Below are positions 18,739 through 28,202 of a stretch of 53,069 bases of DNA, piece by piece; position 1 is the stretch's first letter; each line of letters opens with the position of its first letter. Location of the stretch: positions 1-53,069 of IMG/VR virus record IMGVR_UViG_3300033145_002955. One strand, written 5' to 3'. Origin of the DNA: a virus. Taxonomy: Duplodnaviria > Caudoviricetes. The translations under genes and the position numbers were made by a program. Below the pieces are notes generated by a model. It was not told the origin of the DNA. It ran no database searches and saw only the letters and a program-made list of their open reading frames with translations.

Positions 18739-19263
18739 TCAAAACATCGTTTTTCCGGTGATTTCTTCAATGTAAGCTTTCCAATCGAAATCGACCAGCT
18801 TCAGTAAATACTGTATTGCCTCTTTGTCTTCAGGGCTTAATGATGCTATCAAGTTTATGGACATGGTGTTGACGCTTGTTTGCAATGCTTTGGCATATTC
18901 GATGGCATCGATTTCAGCGTAGTTGTTATTCAGGTTTCGGGAAAGTATGATTGCAACATCGTTTGAGACATCATAAACGAGACATTTGAAAGTTTCAATG
19001 CCCATTTTGCAGGCAATATTGAAACGCTTGACACCGTCGATGATTGTGAACATGTCGCCTTGTGGGACGACCGAGAGAATGCCGGTACCGAATTTCCGTA
19101 TTGAGTTGCTCAATTTTGCTTGTTCCACATTTGACTTGAAGCGTTTGAAATACCAATCGGGAACCTTCAATTTGTCCCGGGATACTTCGATAATCACGCC
19201 GGTGAGAATTTCATTCTCACTCTTGCTGTTGATGCTGTTTTTTGTTTGTTTAATCTTCCTCAT
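18739..19263 (-). CDS. ParB/Srx-fold protein
   Basis: LSNSIRKFG...IIDGVKRF pattern. Confidence 0.72.
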   Translation of the reverse strand: MRKIKQTKNSINSKSENEILTGVIIEVSRDKLKVPDWYFKRFKSNVEQAKLSNSIRKFGTGILSVVPQGDMFTIIDGVKRFNIACKMGIETFKCLVYDVSNDVAIILSRNLNNNYAEIDAIEYAKALQTSVNTMSINLIASLSPEDKEAIQYLLKLVDFDWKAYIEEITGKTMF

Positions 19264-20059
19264 AATACACTCCTCTCTCTTGCCAAACTTTCGTGATGAG
19301 CTCTTCATAATCTAACCAGGTGTTAATGTTGTGAATGATTCTTTTCTTGTAACGTTTTTCCACATTTGGAATGTCAATCAAATTGCTGAATTTCAGTGGC
19401 AAAAAGGGAATTTTTCGCATGAAAGTATACTGAATGTTCCCCATTGAAATCACAGCGGGGGTGTTGAAAGCGCTTCGTTTTGCCCATGTTGTATTATCAA
19501 CGCTGTAAAATGGGAACAGATTCAATAATTCTGTATCAGAACCGCCAAAAAAGTGTAGTTTTGCTTTGGATTTCATCGCTATTGAAAAGCATCTTGCCAA
19601 AAATTTTGACACCATCTTTGTTCTCAATCTCAATGATATGACTCCTCCGATAGCGACATAATCATACCTTTCGACCAGGTATTCAAGATATTTCCAATCC
19701 TCCCCATAATGGAATGTAGCAAGGGGTGTAAGCCCGGCTGCTTCCATACATTCCTGATTTTTTGCTGTTGCTTCTGCATCTCCTATAACGTCAAGGTTTG
19801 CATAGAGTTGAATAGATTGTGAATAGTTTTTGATGAAATCAATGTAGTCATCAAGATTGATTTTTTTGCCTTTGGTATGTGCCGTAAATGCCCCGCTATC
19901 AAGAAGGATTTTTGTGTTTTCAGACTCAAATAATGGTCTGTATTTTTCAGGGTTGTTTTTGATGTAGTAGTAACTCATCAGCAAGTTCATTTTTCTTTTC
20001 GAGGCAACGAATCCGATTTGTTCATTGTATGCCTCCGCACCTGCAAGATAAATCTTCAT
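19250..20059 (-). CDS. dpdA: DpdA-like DNA 7-deazaguanine transglycosylase (TGT fold)
   Basis: LLDSGAF, NLDVIG, FHYGE, VAIGG, LHFFG, SVD motifs; adjacent to folE-queCED. Confidence 0.8.
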   Translation of the reverse strand: MKIYLAGAEAYNEQIGFVASKRKMNLLMSYYYIKNNPEKYRPLFESENTKILLDSGAFTAHTKGKKINLDDYIDFIKNYSQSIQLYANLDVIGDAEATAKNQECMEAAGLTPLATFHYGEDWKYLEYLVERYDYVAIGGVISLRLRTKMVSKFLARCFSIAMKSKAKLHFFGGSDTELLNLFPFYSVDNTTWAKRSAFNTPAVISMGNIQYTFMRKIPFLPLKFSNLIDIPNVEKRYKKRIIHNINTWLDYEELITKVWQERGVYYEED

Positions 20060-20634
20060 TTCTTTCCTCTCAATGACATAAATTCTGTTCTTGGCTCCTG
20101 CTCTTGAAACACTCCCCGGATTGCAGAGGTCACCATTTTCGAATGCTGTTTTTCCACACCTCTTGCCACCATACAGAGATGAGTAGCTTCGACAACAACC
20201 ATGACACCCAATGGCTGCAGTGCATTTTCAAAAGCATCCGCTATTTGTGCTGTCATTCTTTCCTGAATTTGGAGGCGCCTACTGAACACTTCAATCAATC
20301 GGGCAATCTTTGAAACACCTACCACCTTTTTGTTTGGAATATATGCGAAATCAACGTGCCCATAAAATGGTAGCAGATGATGTTCACAAGTGCTGTAAAA
20401 CTCGATGTCCTTCAAAACAATCATTTCATCACATGCACCATCTTCAAAGACAGCGCTTAAAACGTCATTAGGGTCTTGTTCATAACCGCCAAACAGCCTT
20501 TCATAAGCCTTTGCAACCCTGTATGGAGTCTCCCGCAAACCTTCTCTTAATGGGTTGTCACCTATCGCTTCGATGATGTCAGTGATGGCTTTACTAATTG
20601 TTCGCCTTTTCATTTGAATATTTAGAGTCTCCAT
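20056..20634 (-). CDS. folE: GTP cyclohydrolase I
   Basis: REGLRETP, CEHHLLPF, SKIAR, LQIQER, HLCMVARG. Confidence 0.96.
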   Translation of the reverse strand: METLNIQMKRRTISKAITDIIEAIGDNPLREGLRETPYRVAKAYERLFGGYEQDPNDVLSAVFEDGACDEMIVLKDIEFYSTCEHHLLPFYGHVDFAYIPNKKVVGVSKIARLIEVFSRRLQIQERMTAQIADAFENALQPLGVMVVVEATHLCMVARGVEKQHSKMVTSAIRGVFQEQEPRTEFMSLRGKK

Positions 20635-21311
20635 CAGTTATTTCCTTTCGCTTGAAACTCATCCCATCCTTTTTTCCTCAAAATGCAGGCAGGGCATTGC
20701 CCGCAACCCATTCCCCAGTCATTCATCTCCTGTACACCGTTATAACATGTCATCGACCGTTTCAAAACGATGTCTAAAACCCCTTCTCTTGCAGCCATCT
20801 CAAAAATGTCTGCTTTTGTTCGATTTATCAATGGAGTGATTATTGTTATATTCTGCTCGGAACCCGTGTTCAAAGCGTCTTCCATTTTGTGCATAAAATT
20901 CAAGCGACAATCGGGGTAACCGCTATAGTCAACTTGATTTGCTCCTATGACGACGGATAATGCTCCTACCTTTTGAGCATAAGCATGCCCAATGGTCAAA
21001 AAGAGGATATTTCTGTTCGGAACGAAAGAGGCTGGTAAATTTTTGTTGTCCGGATGATTTTCATTTACATTACCATCCGAGGAAACGAGAGCGGAGGTTA
21101 CCAGGTCAGGCAAAAATGAAATGTCAACGGTTCTCCAATCTATTCTCAACTCCCTTGCTATTTCCCGGGCAACATCCACCTCTACAGAGTGCCTTTGACC
21201 ATAAAAGAAGGTCAAAGCATAGACCTTTTCAAAGCGATTTTTTGCCCATGCAAGACAGACAGTTGAGTCCATTCCTCCCGAGAAAACGACAACTGTTTTT
21301 TCATGAACCAT
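20634..21311 (-). CDS. queC: 7-cyano-7-deazaguanine synthase
   Basis: SGGMDS, YGQRH, VPNRN, YPDCR, C...CGQCPAC; no glutamine amidotransferase domain. Confidence 0.96.
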   Translation of the reverse strand: MVHEKTVVVFSGGMDSTVCLAWAKNRFEKVYALTFFYGQRHSVEVDVAREIARELRIDWRTVDISFLPDLVTSALVSSDGNVNENHPDNKNLPASFVPNRNILFLTIGHAYAQKVGALSVVIGANQVDYSGYPDCRLNFMHKMEDALNTGSEQNITIITPLINRTKADIFEMAAREGVLDIVLKRSMTCYNGVQEMNDWGMGCGQCPACILRKKGWDEFQAKGNN

Positions 21312-21322
21312 TTTTCCAACCT

Positions 21323-21991
21323 CTATTTGATATTTAGAATTTTGTGGATTTGAAGCGACAGTTTCCACATCTTCGGATAGCATTCGATGTTCAACTCCGT
21401 TAGAACGGATGTCAGTTCTTTCGTTTTGCATTGCTGTTCCTCCATTGAAGCTTTTTTCACGTTAAAAAACATGCTGTTTGGTTGCAAATACAAATGGTCG
21501 AATCTTCTATAATCAATGCCTTTCGCCAAAAGTTGGTGCAATATATCAGAAGCACTTTCCCCGGACCAAATGACCTTTAATTCCTCTGCCTTCTTCACCT
21601 TCACAGGTTTATTTGTGTAAAGTTTCGGGGAAACGGTGACCCAATCGACATTTCTCCGTAATGTATCGGGAATTTCAATTGTGCCGTTTGTTTCGATATG
21701 AATTCTCCTCCTGTTTGACGATAGCAATTTCACCAAATCAACGTCTTCAGGTTCCTGTAACTGCAACATCGGCTCCCCGCCAGTGAGAATGATAGGGGCA
21801 TCCCGATGAAACAAGGGCAGGCTCCCGTAAATTTCGTCTCTCGACAACAAATAAAATGAGTCAAATTCGGTATCACAAAACCAGCATTTCATGTTGCACC
21901 CGGAAAACCGGATGAATGTGCAGGGGGTTCCTGTGAAAGCACCTTCTCCCTGTAGCGAAAAGAAAATTTCGTTGATTTTATACCTCTTCAT
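21323..21991 (-). CDS. queE: 7-carboxy-7-deazaguanine synthase (radical SAM)
   Basis: EIFFSLQGEG, CNMKCWFCDT, TGGEP, IETNG, SPK, QIHK. Confidence 0.96.
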   Translation of the reverse strand: MKRYKINEIFFSLQGEGAFTGTPCTFIRFSGCNMKCWFCDTEFDSFYLLSRDEIYGSLPLFHRDAPIILTGGEPMLQLQEPEDVDLVKLLSSNRRRIHIETNGTIEIPDTLRRNVDWVTVSPKLYTNKPVKVKKAEELKVIWSGESASDILHQLLAKGIDYRRFDHLYLQPNSMFFNVKKASMEEQQCKTKELTSVLTELNIECYPKMWKLSLQIHKILNIK

Positions 21992-22340
21992 AGATTGCTC
22001 CATTTCCTTCTGACTCTTCAACAAAGACCTTGTAACATTTTGGGGAATGTTTTTTGTTTTCAATAGCAGCATTTATTCTACGTAATATAATAAATGCTAT
22101 TCGTTCCGCAGTTGGATTTTCCCCGAGTGTGTCATTCAGGTGACTATGGTCAAGCCAGTCTGTAATTAATGTCTTCAGCATGGAAAAATCAACTACCATT
22201 CCATACTCATCTAATCCTTCTGCTTTACAACATATTGTTATCCTCCAATTATGTCCGTGAATGTTATTACATCTGGATGGATATGGAAGATTCAAACGAT
22301 GACTCCCTGCTATCGTCAGTGTTTTTGTTATAATGTACAT
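21978..22340 (-). CDS. queD: 6-carboxy-5,6,7,8-tetrahydropterin synthase
   Basis: SHRL...CNNIHGHNW, LDH, NPTAE. Confidence 0.95.
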   Translation of the reverse strand: MYIITKTLTIAGSHRLNLPYPSRCNNIHGHNWRITICCKAEGLDEYGMVVDFSMLKTLITDWLDHSHLNDTLGENPTAERIAFIILRRINAAIENKKHSPKCYKVFVEESEGNGAIYEEV

Positions 22341-22353
22341 CATTCCTCCTTTG

Positions 22354-23712
22354 TTAAATTTCATCCTTGTTAAACTTGTACCAATAGACGCAAAATTGTC
22401 CGATACTCAAATTTTGTCCTATGATGACCTTGTTTCCTTGCTTTCCGGTTCTGTTTGCGAAACATCCGAGAACTGCTTCCTCGTATTGCTTCAGTTGTGG
22501 GGTGGTGCCAACGAAAAATCCCTTGTCGATGTTTGCGAATTTTCTTTTATCTTCTGCTAAATGCCTCCCTTCTAATGAAGCGTCTTTTATCAACGTTTTC
22601 AAACCTTCATCGTTGATTTGGCTCATGGTGACCATACAGAGGTTTCTGTCGTCTGCTATTCGTTTCAGGTAAATGTAAACTTCATTGATGCTGTCTCTTG
22701 TTTGTTTGGTTCTGTCAAGTGGAGACATGATGTCCGCATAATCATTTATCACCACGTCTGCTTTGAAATTTTCGAAATTTTCTAAATAATCGATATACGT
22801 TTCAAGTTCTATCGGGGAGCACATTCCCATTGGATACTTTTGAACAATCAAACGACCACCATATTTGCCAACTTTTTTCCTGGCTTTCAGCACTTTCTTC
22901 TTGTCATACACACTTGGTCTGGTTACCACCTGCTTCATCACCTCCCCATTTTCAAGCCACCGCACCTCCACCTGATTTTGCTCCTTGTCAGCAACCAAAC
23001 CGCCAAACAGCATATCATAGCGAATCAGCGTATCCTGAAGACTGTTCTCATGTGAAACATGCAGAACATTCAAACCCTCAATAAGACATCTTTTCGCTAT
23101 GTAATGCCCTGCCCAGCTTTTTGTGCCCTTGTATGGACCGGCAATGACAATCAGGTCTCCCCGTTTTATCTTGACATATTTGTCAATCGGGGGAATTCCC
23201 AGCCTGAATAATCGTTCTTCTTCTTCATTTCTAAAGTTCAAATCATTGGCATTTACATAATCAACACCCGAATGTTTTTGCTGAATCCCGGCTTTCAAAG
23301 CATCCTGCATATATTTAGTTGCCTTGACATATTCACCTCTTTCCACGAGCTCCGCAAATTCGTAAGTTGCCTTTATCAGGGCTCGGCTTCTGATGAAATC
23401 ATTTAGCCGGGAAAGCACGTACTCTTTATTTGGGTGTAGGTTTTCAATATGTTGCAGGTATTTGGCGATTAATTCCCTTTTTTCTTGAGGTTTGTCTTTG
23501 ATATACTTGATTAATTCATCCTGCAAATGAATTCCGGGTGCCCTCCCAAATTCCAAAACAAATTTGACACAGATGGAATAAATTTCCGAAATGATTTCGT
23601 TTGAGAAGAATTCGGGGGGAATTTGATTTGCCACAATCCGGGCAAAATCGGTGTCAGTTGCTGTTAAATATACTACTGAATTTTGTAAATTCTCCGAAAT
23701 CTCATGTTTCAT
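22354..23712 (-). CDS. Replicative DnaB-like (SF4) helicase
   Basis: Deviant Walker A AGPYKGTKS, SHE, INDYAD, SQIN, ANRTG. Confidence 0.82.
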   Translation of the reverse strand: MKHEISENLQNSVVYLTATDTDFARIVANQIPPEFFSNEIISEIYSICVKFVLEFGRAPGIHLQDELIKYIKDKPQEKRELIAKYLQHIENLHPNKEYVLSRLNDFIRSRALIKATYEFAELVERGEYVKATKYMQDALKAGIQQKHSGVDYVNANDLNFRNEEEERLFRLGIPPIDKYVKIKRGDLIVIAGPYKGTKSWAGHYIAKRCLIEGLNVLHVSHENSLQDTLIRYDMLFGGLVADKEQNQVEVRWLENGEVMKQVVTRPSVYDKKKVLKARKKVGKYGGRLIVQKYPMGMCSPIELETYIDYLENFENFKADVVINDYADIMSPLDRTKQTRDSINEVYIYLKRIADDRNLCMVTMSQINDEGLKTLIKDASLEGRHLAEDKRKFANIDKGFFVGTTPQLKQYEEAVLGCFANRTGKQGNKVIIGQNLSIGQFCVYWYKFNKDEI

Positions 23713-23950
23713 CGTTGTCCTCCCTGCTTAATTATACTCAATTTTTCATAACCGGAAAATAGTCTAACTCGCCTATAATTATTAGTTTGTGAAAGGGGCG
23801 GGCATATTAAAATATGCCCGACTCCCGTAACACACAAAGTTCTTTTGTTAAATTTTGGGAAAAAGGTTCCCGGAATTTTGGTATAATTAGACAGGAGGAG
23901 GGAAGAGAAAAATTTCCCGGAATGCACACATAACAAAGTTGGAGGTTGTC
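23713..23950. promoter_or_regulatory. Divergent control region
   Basis: TATAAT on - (23731-23736), extended -10 TGGTATAAT on + (23879-23887), palindrome at 23799-23820. Confidence 0.7.
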
Positions 23951-24670
23951 ATGGACAAGAAAAACATTGGAAGAACCGTCAAGTTCGAGGATGAGGGGGA
24001 GGTTCTCACCGGGGTGATTGCTGACGTTGAAGATGAGGGTTACGTGGTTGAGATTGAGGGAACCGACATCGCCTATATTCTCGGTGAGGATGAGTTTGAG
24101 TTTGTGGAAGATGAGGCTTCCGGTTCTGATGAGGGTGAAGTTGATGAAGAGCAAATTGATGATGAGGAGGAGGGTACTGATGTTGATGTTTCGAGCATGG
24201 GCAAGGATGAGTTGAAGGTGCTCATTCGTGAGCATGGTATCAAGGTTCCGCTGAATGCCTACAAGAACGTTGAGGTTCTTCGGGAGCATGTGGCAAAAGC
24301 TCTCGGAGTTGCCACCCCGAAGGCGGAAGAGAGGGTGAAGAAGCAGGGCAAGACTGGGAGGATGAAAAAGATTGAAAGGGTTGAGAAGAAGGGTGTTACG
24401 GAGAAAGTTGAAAAGAAGACGGTGCAGCGTGGGGAACGAAAAAAGGGAAATTCCCGGGGAGCAGCGGGCAAGGGCATAACGGCGATAGTGAAGACGATTC
24501 TTTCGGTGCTTGAGGATGGGGGTGGGGAACGAAAAGAGTTTGTCAAGGCGGTGATGGAGGAGCATGGGGTGAAAGTAGGAACCGCAAATCACTCCGTTTA
24601 TACAACTTTGGGGACTCTAATTGTCATTGGAAAAGTGAAGAAAGAGGGAAAGAAGTACACGTTTGCATGA
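23951..24670 (+). CDS. Multi-domain putative DNA-binding protein
   Basis: SD GGAGG; small beta domain, acidic tract, helix-extension-helix-like unit, Lys-rich linker, wHTH-like end. Confidence 0.6.
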   Translation: MDKKNIGRTVKFEDEGEVLTGVIADVEDEGYVVEIEGTDIAYILGEDEFEFVEDEASGSDEGEVDEEQIDDEEEGTDVDVSSMGKDELKVLIREHGIKVPLNAYKNVEVLREHVAKALGVATPKAEERVKKQGKTGRMKKIERVEKKGVTEKVEKKTVQRGERKKGNSRGAAGKGITAIVKTILSVLEDGGGERKEFVKAVMEEHGVKVGTANHSVYTTLGTLIVIGKVKKEGKKYTFA

Positions 24671-24681
24671 TTGTTTCATTC

Positions 24682-24711
24682 GGGGACCCCGTAATGGGGT
24701 CCCTGCTTTTT
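24682..24711 (+). terminator. Intrinsic terminator
   Basis: GGGGACCCC-GTAAT-GGGGTCCCT followed by GCTTTTT. Confidence 0.8.
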
Positions 24712-24725
24712 AGAGGGGGTTTGAT

Positions 24726-25763
24726 ATGCAATTTGACAAACAGGAATTATTGTCTGTGCTGAATGTGTTTAGAAACATCATTCGTAAAGATGATTCCGTT
24801 CCAATTTTTGAATGCTTGAAGTTTTCAGATGATTTTGGTGACGGAATCATTTTTGGTTATAATGGGGTTTATGGGGCGGCTGTTTCATTTGATACGGGGG
24901 GATTAATCGGCTTAATCCCATATCGTCGGCTTTTGAATTTCGTGGAAAGAGCACCGGAAAATACCATTGATATAACAATTGAGAATGGTATTGCTTATTT
25001 CGTTTCGGGAAGTAGCAGGGCGAAAGTGGCATTGTCTGATGGTTATGATGATTATCCTGTTTTTGATGACGTTTTGGTTAAAGCGGTTTCAGAATCTCAA
25101 CAAATGCCGGATGAGTTTTACTCGGCATTGATTGACTGTTCTGTTTTTGCGGCGAAACGTAGTAACAGAACGTGCTTGCTTGGTGTTAACATTTCGGATG
25201 ATTTTATCACCGCTGCTGATGGATACAAGATTGCCCGCTACAGATGCTCCCTCAAGATGGGGAATTTTATCATTCCTGCCGAGTTTTGCAACACATTGAA
25301 GACTATCGATGGTTTGGATTCAATTTATGTGGACTCATCCGTTTGTGTAGTTTGTAATGATTCCATATTCTTGTTCTCCTCATTGATTGAGGATGAATAT
25401 TTGGATTTATCCGCTTATTTGCCCGATGTTGCAGGAGGGAAGTTCTTTGCATTGCCGACTGAACGGTTGAGAGAGGGGTTGAGAAGAGTTGCCGATTTTT
25501 CCGGGGATTCATTGGATGGTGAATGTTCAATCAAACTCGGGGATGAGATTTCGATACGATATGAAGATAGCATTTCCCGAATAAGGGATGTGTTCAATTT
25601 TGCTGAAAGAATCCCCGATGTGGAACTTGTGGTGACTCCACGTCATCTTGATGTGATTTTGTCATATTGCAAAAAGTTCTATGTTTTGAATGATAAGCAT
25701 CTATTTTGTGGGCAATCGGATGATGGAAAGTTCTTGTGTGTCGTTGCCGTTAAGGTGTCATGA
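24726..25763 (+). CDS. Sliding clamp (DnaN/beta-like)
   Basis: 345 aa; PIFECL, DDYP, LLGVNI...AADGYKIA, EYLD patterns of beta-clamp repeats. Confidence 0.78.
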   Translation: MQFDKQELLSVLNVFRNIIRKDDSVPIFECLKFSDDFGDGIIFGYNGVYGAAVSFDTGGLIGLIPYRRLLNFVERAPENTIDITIENGIAYFVSGSSRAKVALSDGYDDYPVFDDVLVKAVSESQQMPDEFYSALIDCSVFAAKRSNRTCLLGVNISDDFITAADGYKIARYRCSLKMGNFIIPAEFCNTLKTIDGLDSIYVDSSVCVVCNDSIFLFSSLIEDEYLDLSAYLPDVAGGKFFALPTERLREGLRRVADFSGDSLDGECSIKLGDEISIRYEDSISRIRDVFNFAERIPDVELVVTPRHLDVILSYCKKFYVLNDKHLFCGQSDDGKFLCVVAVKVS

Positions 25764-25775
25764 TAGGAGCCTTTC

Positions 25776-28202
25776 ATGAAATTGTTTAACCCCGATGAAA
25801 TAGTTGGAAAAAAGCATGGCAATGCCTTTACATTTATTTCTGACCCTTGTAAACAATGCGGATTATTCAAGCTTTGTAAATCCCCGAAAATGGAACCTTT
25901 TGGCAAAGGGAAAAAGAGGATTTTGATTGTGGGGGAAGCCCCGGGAAGGACGGAGGATGAAGAGGGCAGGCCTTTTGTCGGTCGTTCCGGGGAATTGTTG
26001 AAGGAGGTGCTTTCCGGCGTTGGCATCGATATGGATAGGGATTGTTGGCGGAGCAATGTTTTGCAATGCCGTCCTCCCGGAAACAAGTTTCTTCCTGAAA
26101 AGGTAAAGTTTTGTTATGATAGGTTGGAGCGGCAAATCAATGAGTTGAAGCCAAAGTTGATTCTATGTTTTGGGATGGAGGCGGCGAGGCGGGTTATTGA
26201 AAATTCTCTTTTTCATAGCCTGATTGGAAGGCACTCGTTTGGACAGGTTGTTGGTGATGTTTTCCCGGTTAGGAAGTATGGGGCATGGGTTGCTGTGAAT
26301 TATCATCCTGCCTATTTATTGCGCCGGGATGATATTGATGGAATTTTTGTTGATGCAGTGACAAGGGCAATTGAGTTTTGTGATGTTGCATTTCCAAAGT
26401 CGCTTATGGCTTCACGAAAGGTGTTTGTTGAGGGAAAGAAGGCTGTTTCAATTATCAAGCAAATGATTTCGTCAAAGGACCCCGTTGCGTTTGATTATGA
26501 GACTAATTGTTTATCACCATTTGTTCCCGAAGCAGAGTTGTTGTATGTGAATATGGCAAATTCGGAAGATGTCGGTTATGTGATTCCGTTGAAGCCGAAG
26601 GACCAAAAGGTATGGAAAGCCTTTCGTGGGTTTTTGCTTTCTCAAGTACCGAAGGTGGCACACAATCTAAAATTTGAGGAGTTGTGGTCGAGAAAATTTT
26701 TTGGTGTTGCCCCGAATAATTGGTTTTATGATACGTTGCTCGGGGCTCACATAGTTGATGAGCGGGAGGGAAAAAAGAGTCTTGCATATCAGGTCCTTCT
26801 TTCCACAGGGGATGAATATAAACACGAAGTTGATAGAACGGATATTGGAGCAGCTTCGAAGGAGGCGATAACAAAATATGGGGCTTTGGATGCTATTGCC
26901 CCGTTGGTTGTGATGAGAAGTCAGGCAAATTTTCTTGATGATTCACAGGAGATGGCGCTCGATTTGTTTTTCAAAGGCAATTCAGCACTTGCCGAGTTGG
27001 AGTTTAATGGTGTAAAAATTGATGTAGAATTTTACGATGATTATCGTTCCCGGGTAAAAAGTGATTTGGTGAATGTTGATGCGGAATTGGAGAGTCATTC
27101 GTATGTGCAGGATTTTCTGAAGAAGAAACCGAATTTTAATATCGATTCTACGAAGGATTTATCTTCATTTTTCTTTGATTTTCTGGCGTTGCCGAAAATG
27201 GAAACAAAACGGGGCAATCCTAAAGTTGACTCTGAATTTTTGGAATGGCTTTCGGGACATGATGATGAGCAACTTGTTTCGCTGGCACGATTGTTGAAGC
27301 GTCATCGTGTTGTCAATAAGTTGTTTGGAACATACATCGAGGCGATTGATAAGTATATAGTCGATGATTTTATTCACCCAAATTATAACCTGTGGATTCC
27401 AAGAACGTTTAGGTCATCATGTGATGCCCCGAATTTGCAGAACATTCCTAAAAGAGATGATTATATCAGTGAGTTTCGGCGTCTGTTCATTCCCCGATAT
27501 GATTTGTTGCTGGAAGCCGATTATAAGGGGGCAGAGGTTGTTGTTCAAGCATTGTTGAGCAATGATAAGATTTTGTTGGAGCAATTGTGGGATGGTTACG
27601 ACCCACACCGTTACTGGGCATCATTGTTGTTTCAGGTTGATGAAGACAAAGTGACGAAAGAGCAGCGTTACAAAGCAAAAAATATGTTTGTCTTTCCTTT
27701 GCTCTATGGCTCTTACCACAAAACGATTTCCAAGAACATCGGTCTTCCGGAATCCCATGTTTTGAAGTGTGAGCAGAAATTTTATTCGACATATAGGGGC
27801 ATAGCGAGATGGCAGGAAATGAAACAAAAGGAATATGATGAGTATGGTTACGTTTCAACTCCTCTTGGATTCAGACGACATGCTCCGTTGTCCCACAATC
27901 AGGTTGTGAATATGCCGATACAGGCAACCGCCTTTCATTGTCTTCTTGACACCCTTGTCCGTATAATCCCGGAGTTTCGAAAGAGGAAATTGAAAACGCT
28001 TCCCATTCTTCAAGTACATGATGCTATCACATTTGATTTGTGTGTTGATGAGTTGGACATTGTTTATGATATAGTCATGAAGTTTTCGTCAGATAAAAGG
28101 CACTGGGGATGGCCTAAAAACATTCCATTGACCCTTGAATGGGAATACGGTGAAAACTGGTATTCATTGCGTCCGCTTGATATTGAGGGAGGAATATCAT
28201 GA
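25776..28202 (+). CDS. polA: Family A DNA polymerase with N-terminal family-4 UDG-like domain and 3'-5' exonuclease
   Basis: CKQC, GEAPG, CRPP, YHPAYLLR (UDG); DYET, HNLKFE, YGALD (exo); NLQNIP, ADY..AE, R...K....F...YG, VHD (pol). Confidence 0.93.
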   Translation: MKLFNPDEIVGKKHGNAFTFISDPCKQCGLFKLCKSPKMEPFGKGKKRILIVGEAPGRTEDEEGRPFVGRSGELLKEVLSGVGIDMDRDCWRSNVLQCRPPGNKFLPEKVKFCYDRLERQINELKPKLILCFGMEAARRVIENSLFHSLIGRHSFGQVVGDVFPVRKYGAWVAVNYHPAYLLRRDDIDGIFVDAVTRAIEFCDVAFPKSLMASRKVFVEGKKAVSIIKQMISSKDPVAFDYETNCLSPFVPEAELLYVNMANSEDVGYVIPLKPKDQKVWKAFRGFLLSQVPKVAHNLKFEELWSRKFFGVAPNNWFYDTLLGAHIVDEREGKKSLAYQVLLSTGDEYKHEVDRTDIGAASKEAITKYGALDAIAPLVVMRSQANFLDDSQEMALDLFFKGNSALAELEFNGVKIDVEFYDDYRSRVKSDLVNVDAELESHSYVQDFLKKKPNFNIDSTKDLSSFFFDFLALPKMETKRGNPKVDSEFLEWLSGHDDEQLVSLARLLKRHRVVNKLFGTYIEAIDKYIVDDFIHPNYNLWIPRTFRSSCDAPNLQNIPKRDDYISEFRRLFIPRYDLLLEADYKGAEVVVQALLSNDKILLEQLWDGYDPHRYWASLLFQVDEDKVTKEQRYKAKNMFVFPLLYGSYHKTISKNIGLPESHVLKCEQKFYSTYRGIARWQEMKQKEYDEYGYVSTPLGFRRHAPLSHNQVVNMPIQATAFHCLLDTLVRIIPEFRKRKLKTLPILQVHDAITFDLCVDELDIVYDIVMKFSSDKRHWGWPKNIPLTLEWEYGENWYSLRPLDIEGGIS

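Noticed and set aside
18739-19263. Plasmid-prophage partition system
   Set aside because: No ParA/ParM or parS-like array seen; the gene is embedded in the modification operon
21312-22072. ORF-track 5' extensions of queC (to 21431) and queE (to 22072)
   Set aside because: They overlap upstream genes; family-typical N-termini begin at 21311 and 21991
20056-22340. que genes as auxiliary tRNA-queuosine metabolism
   Set aside because: No queF or queA, and the adjacent TGT-fold protein is short and lacks the tRNA-TGT zinc site, which fits DNA modification better
23807-24592. 261-aa minus-strand ORF
   Set aside because: Shadow of the purine-rich + strand gene, which has an SD, promoter and terminator
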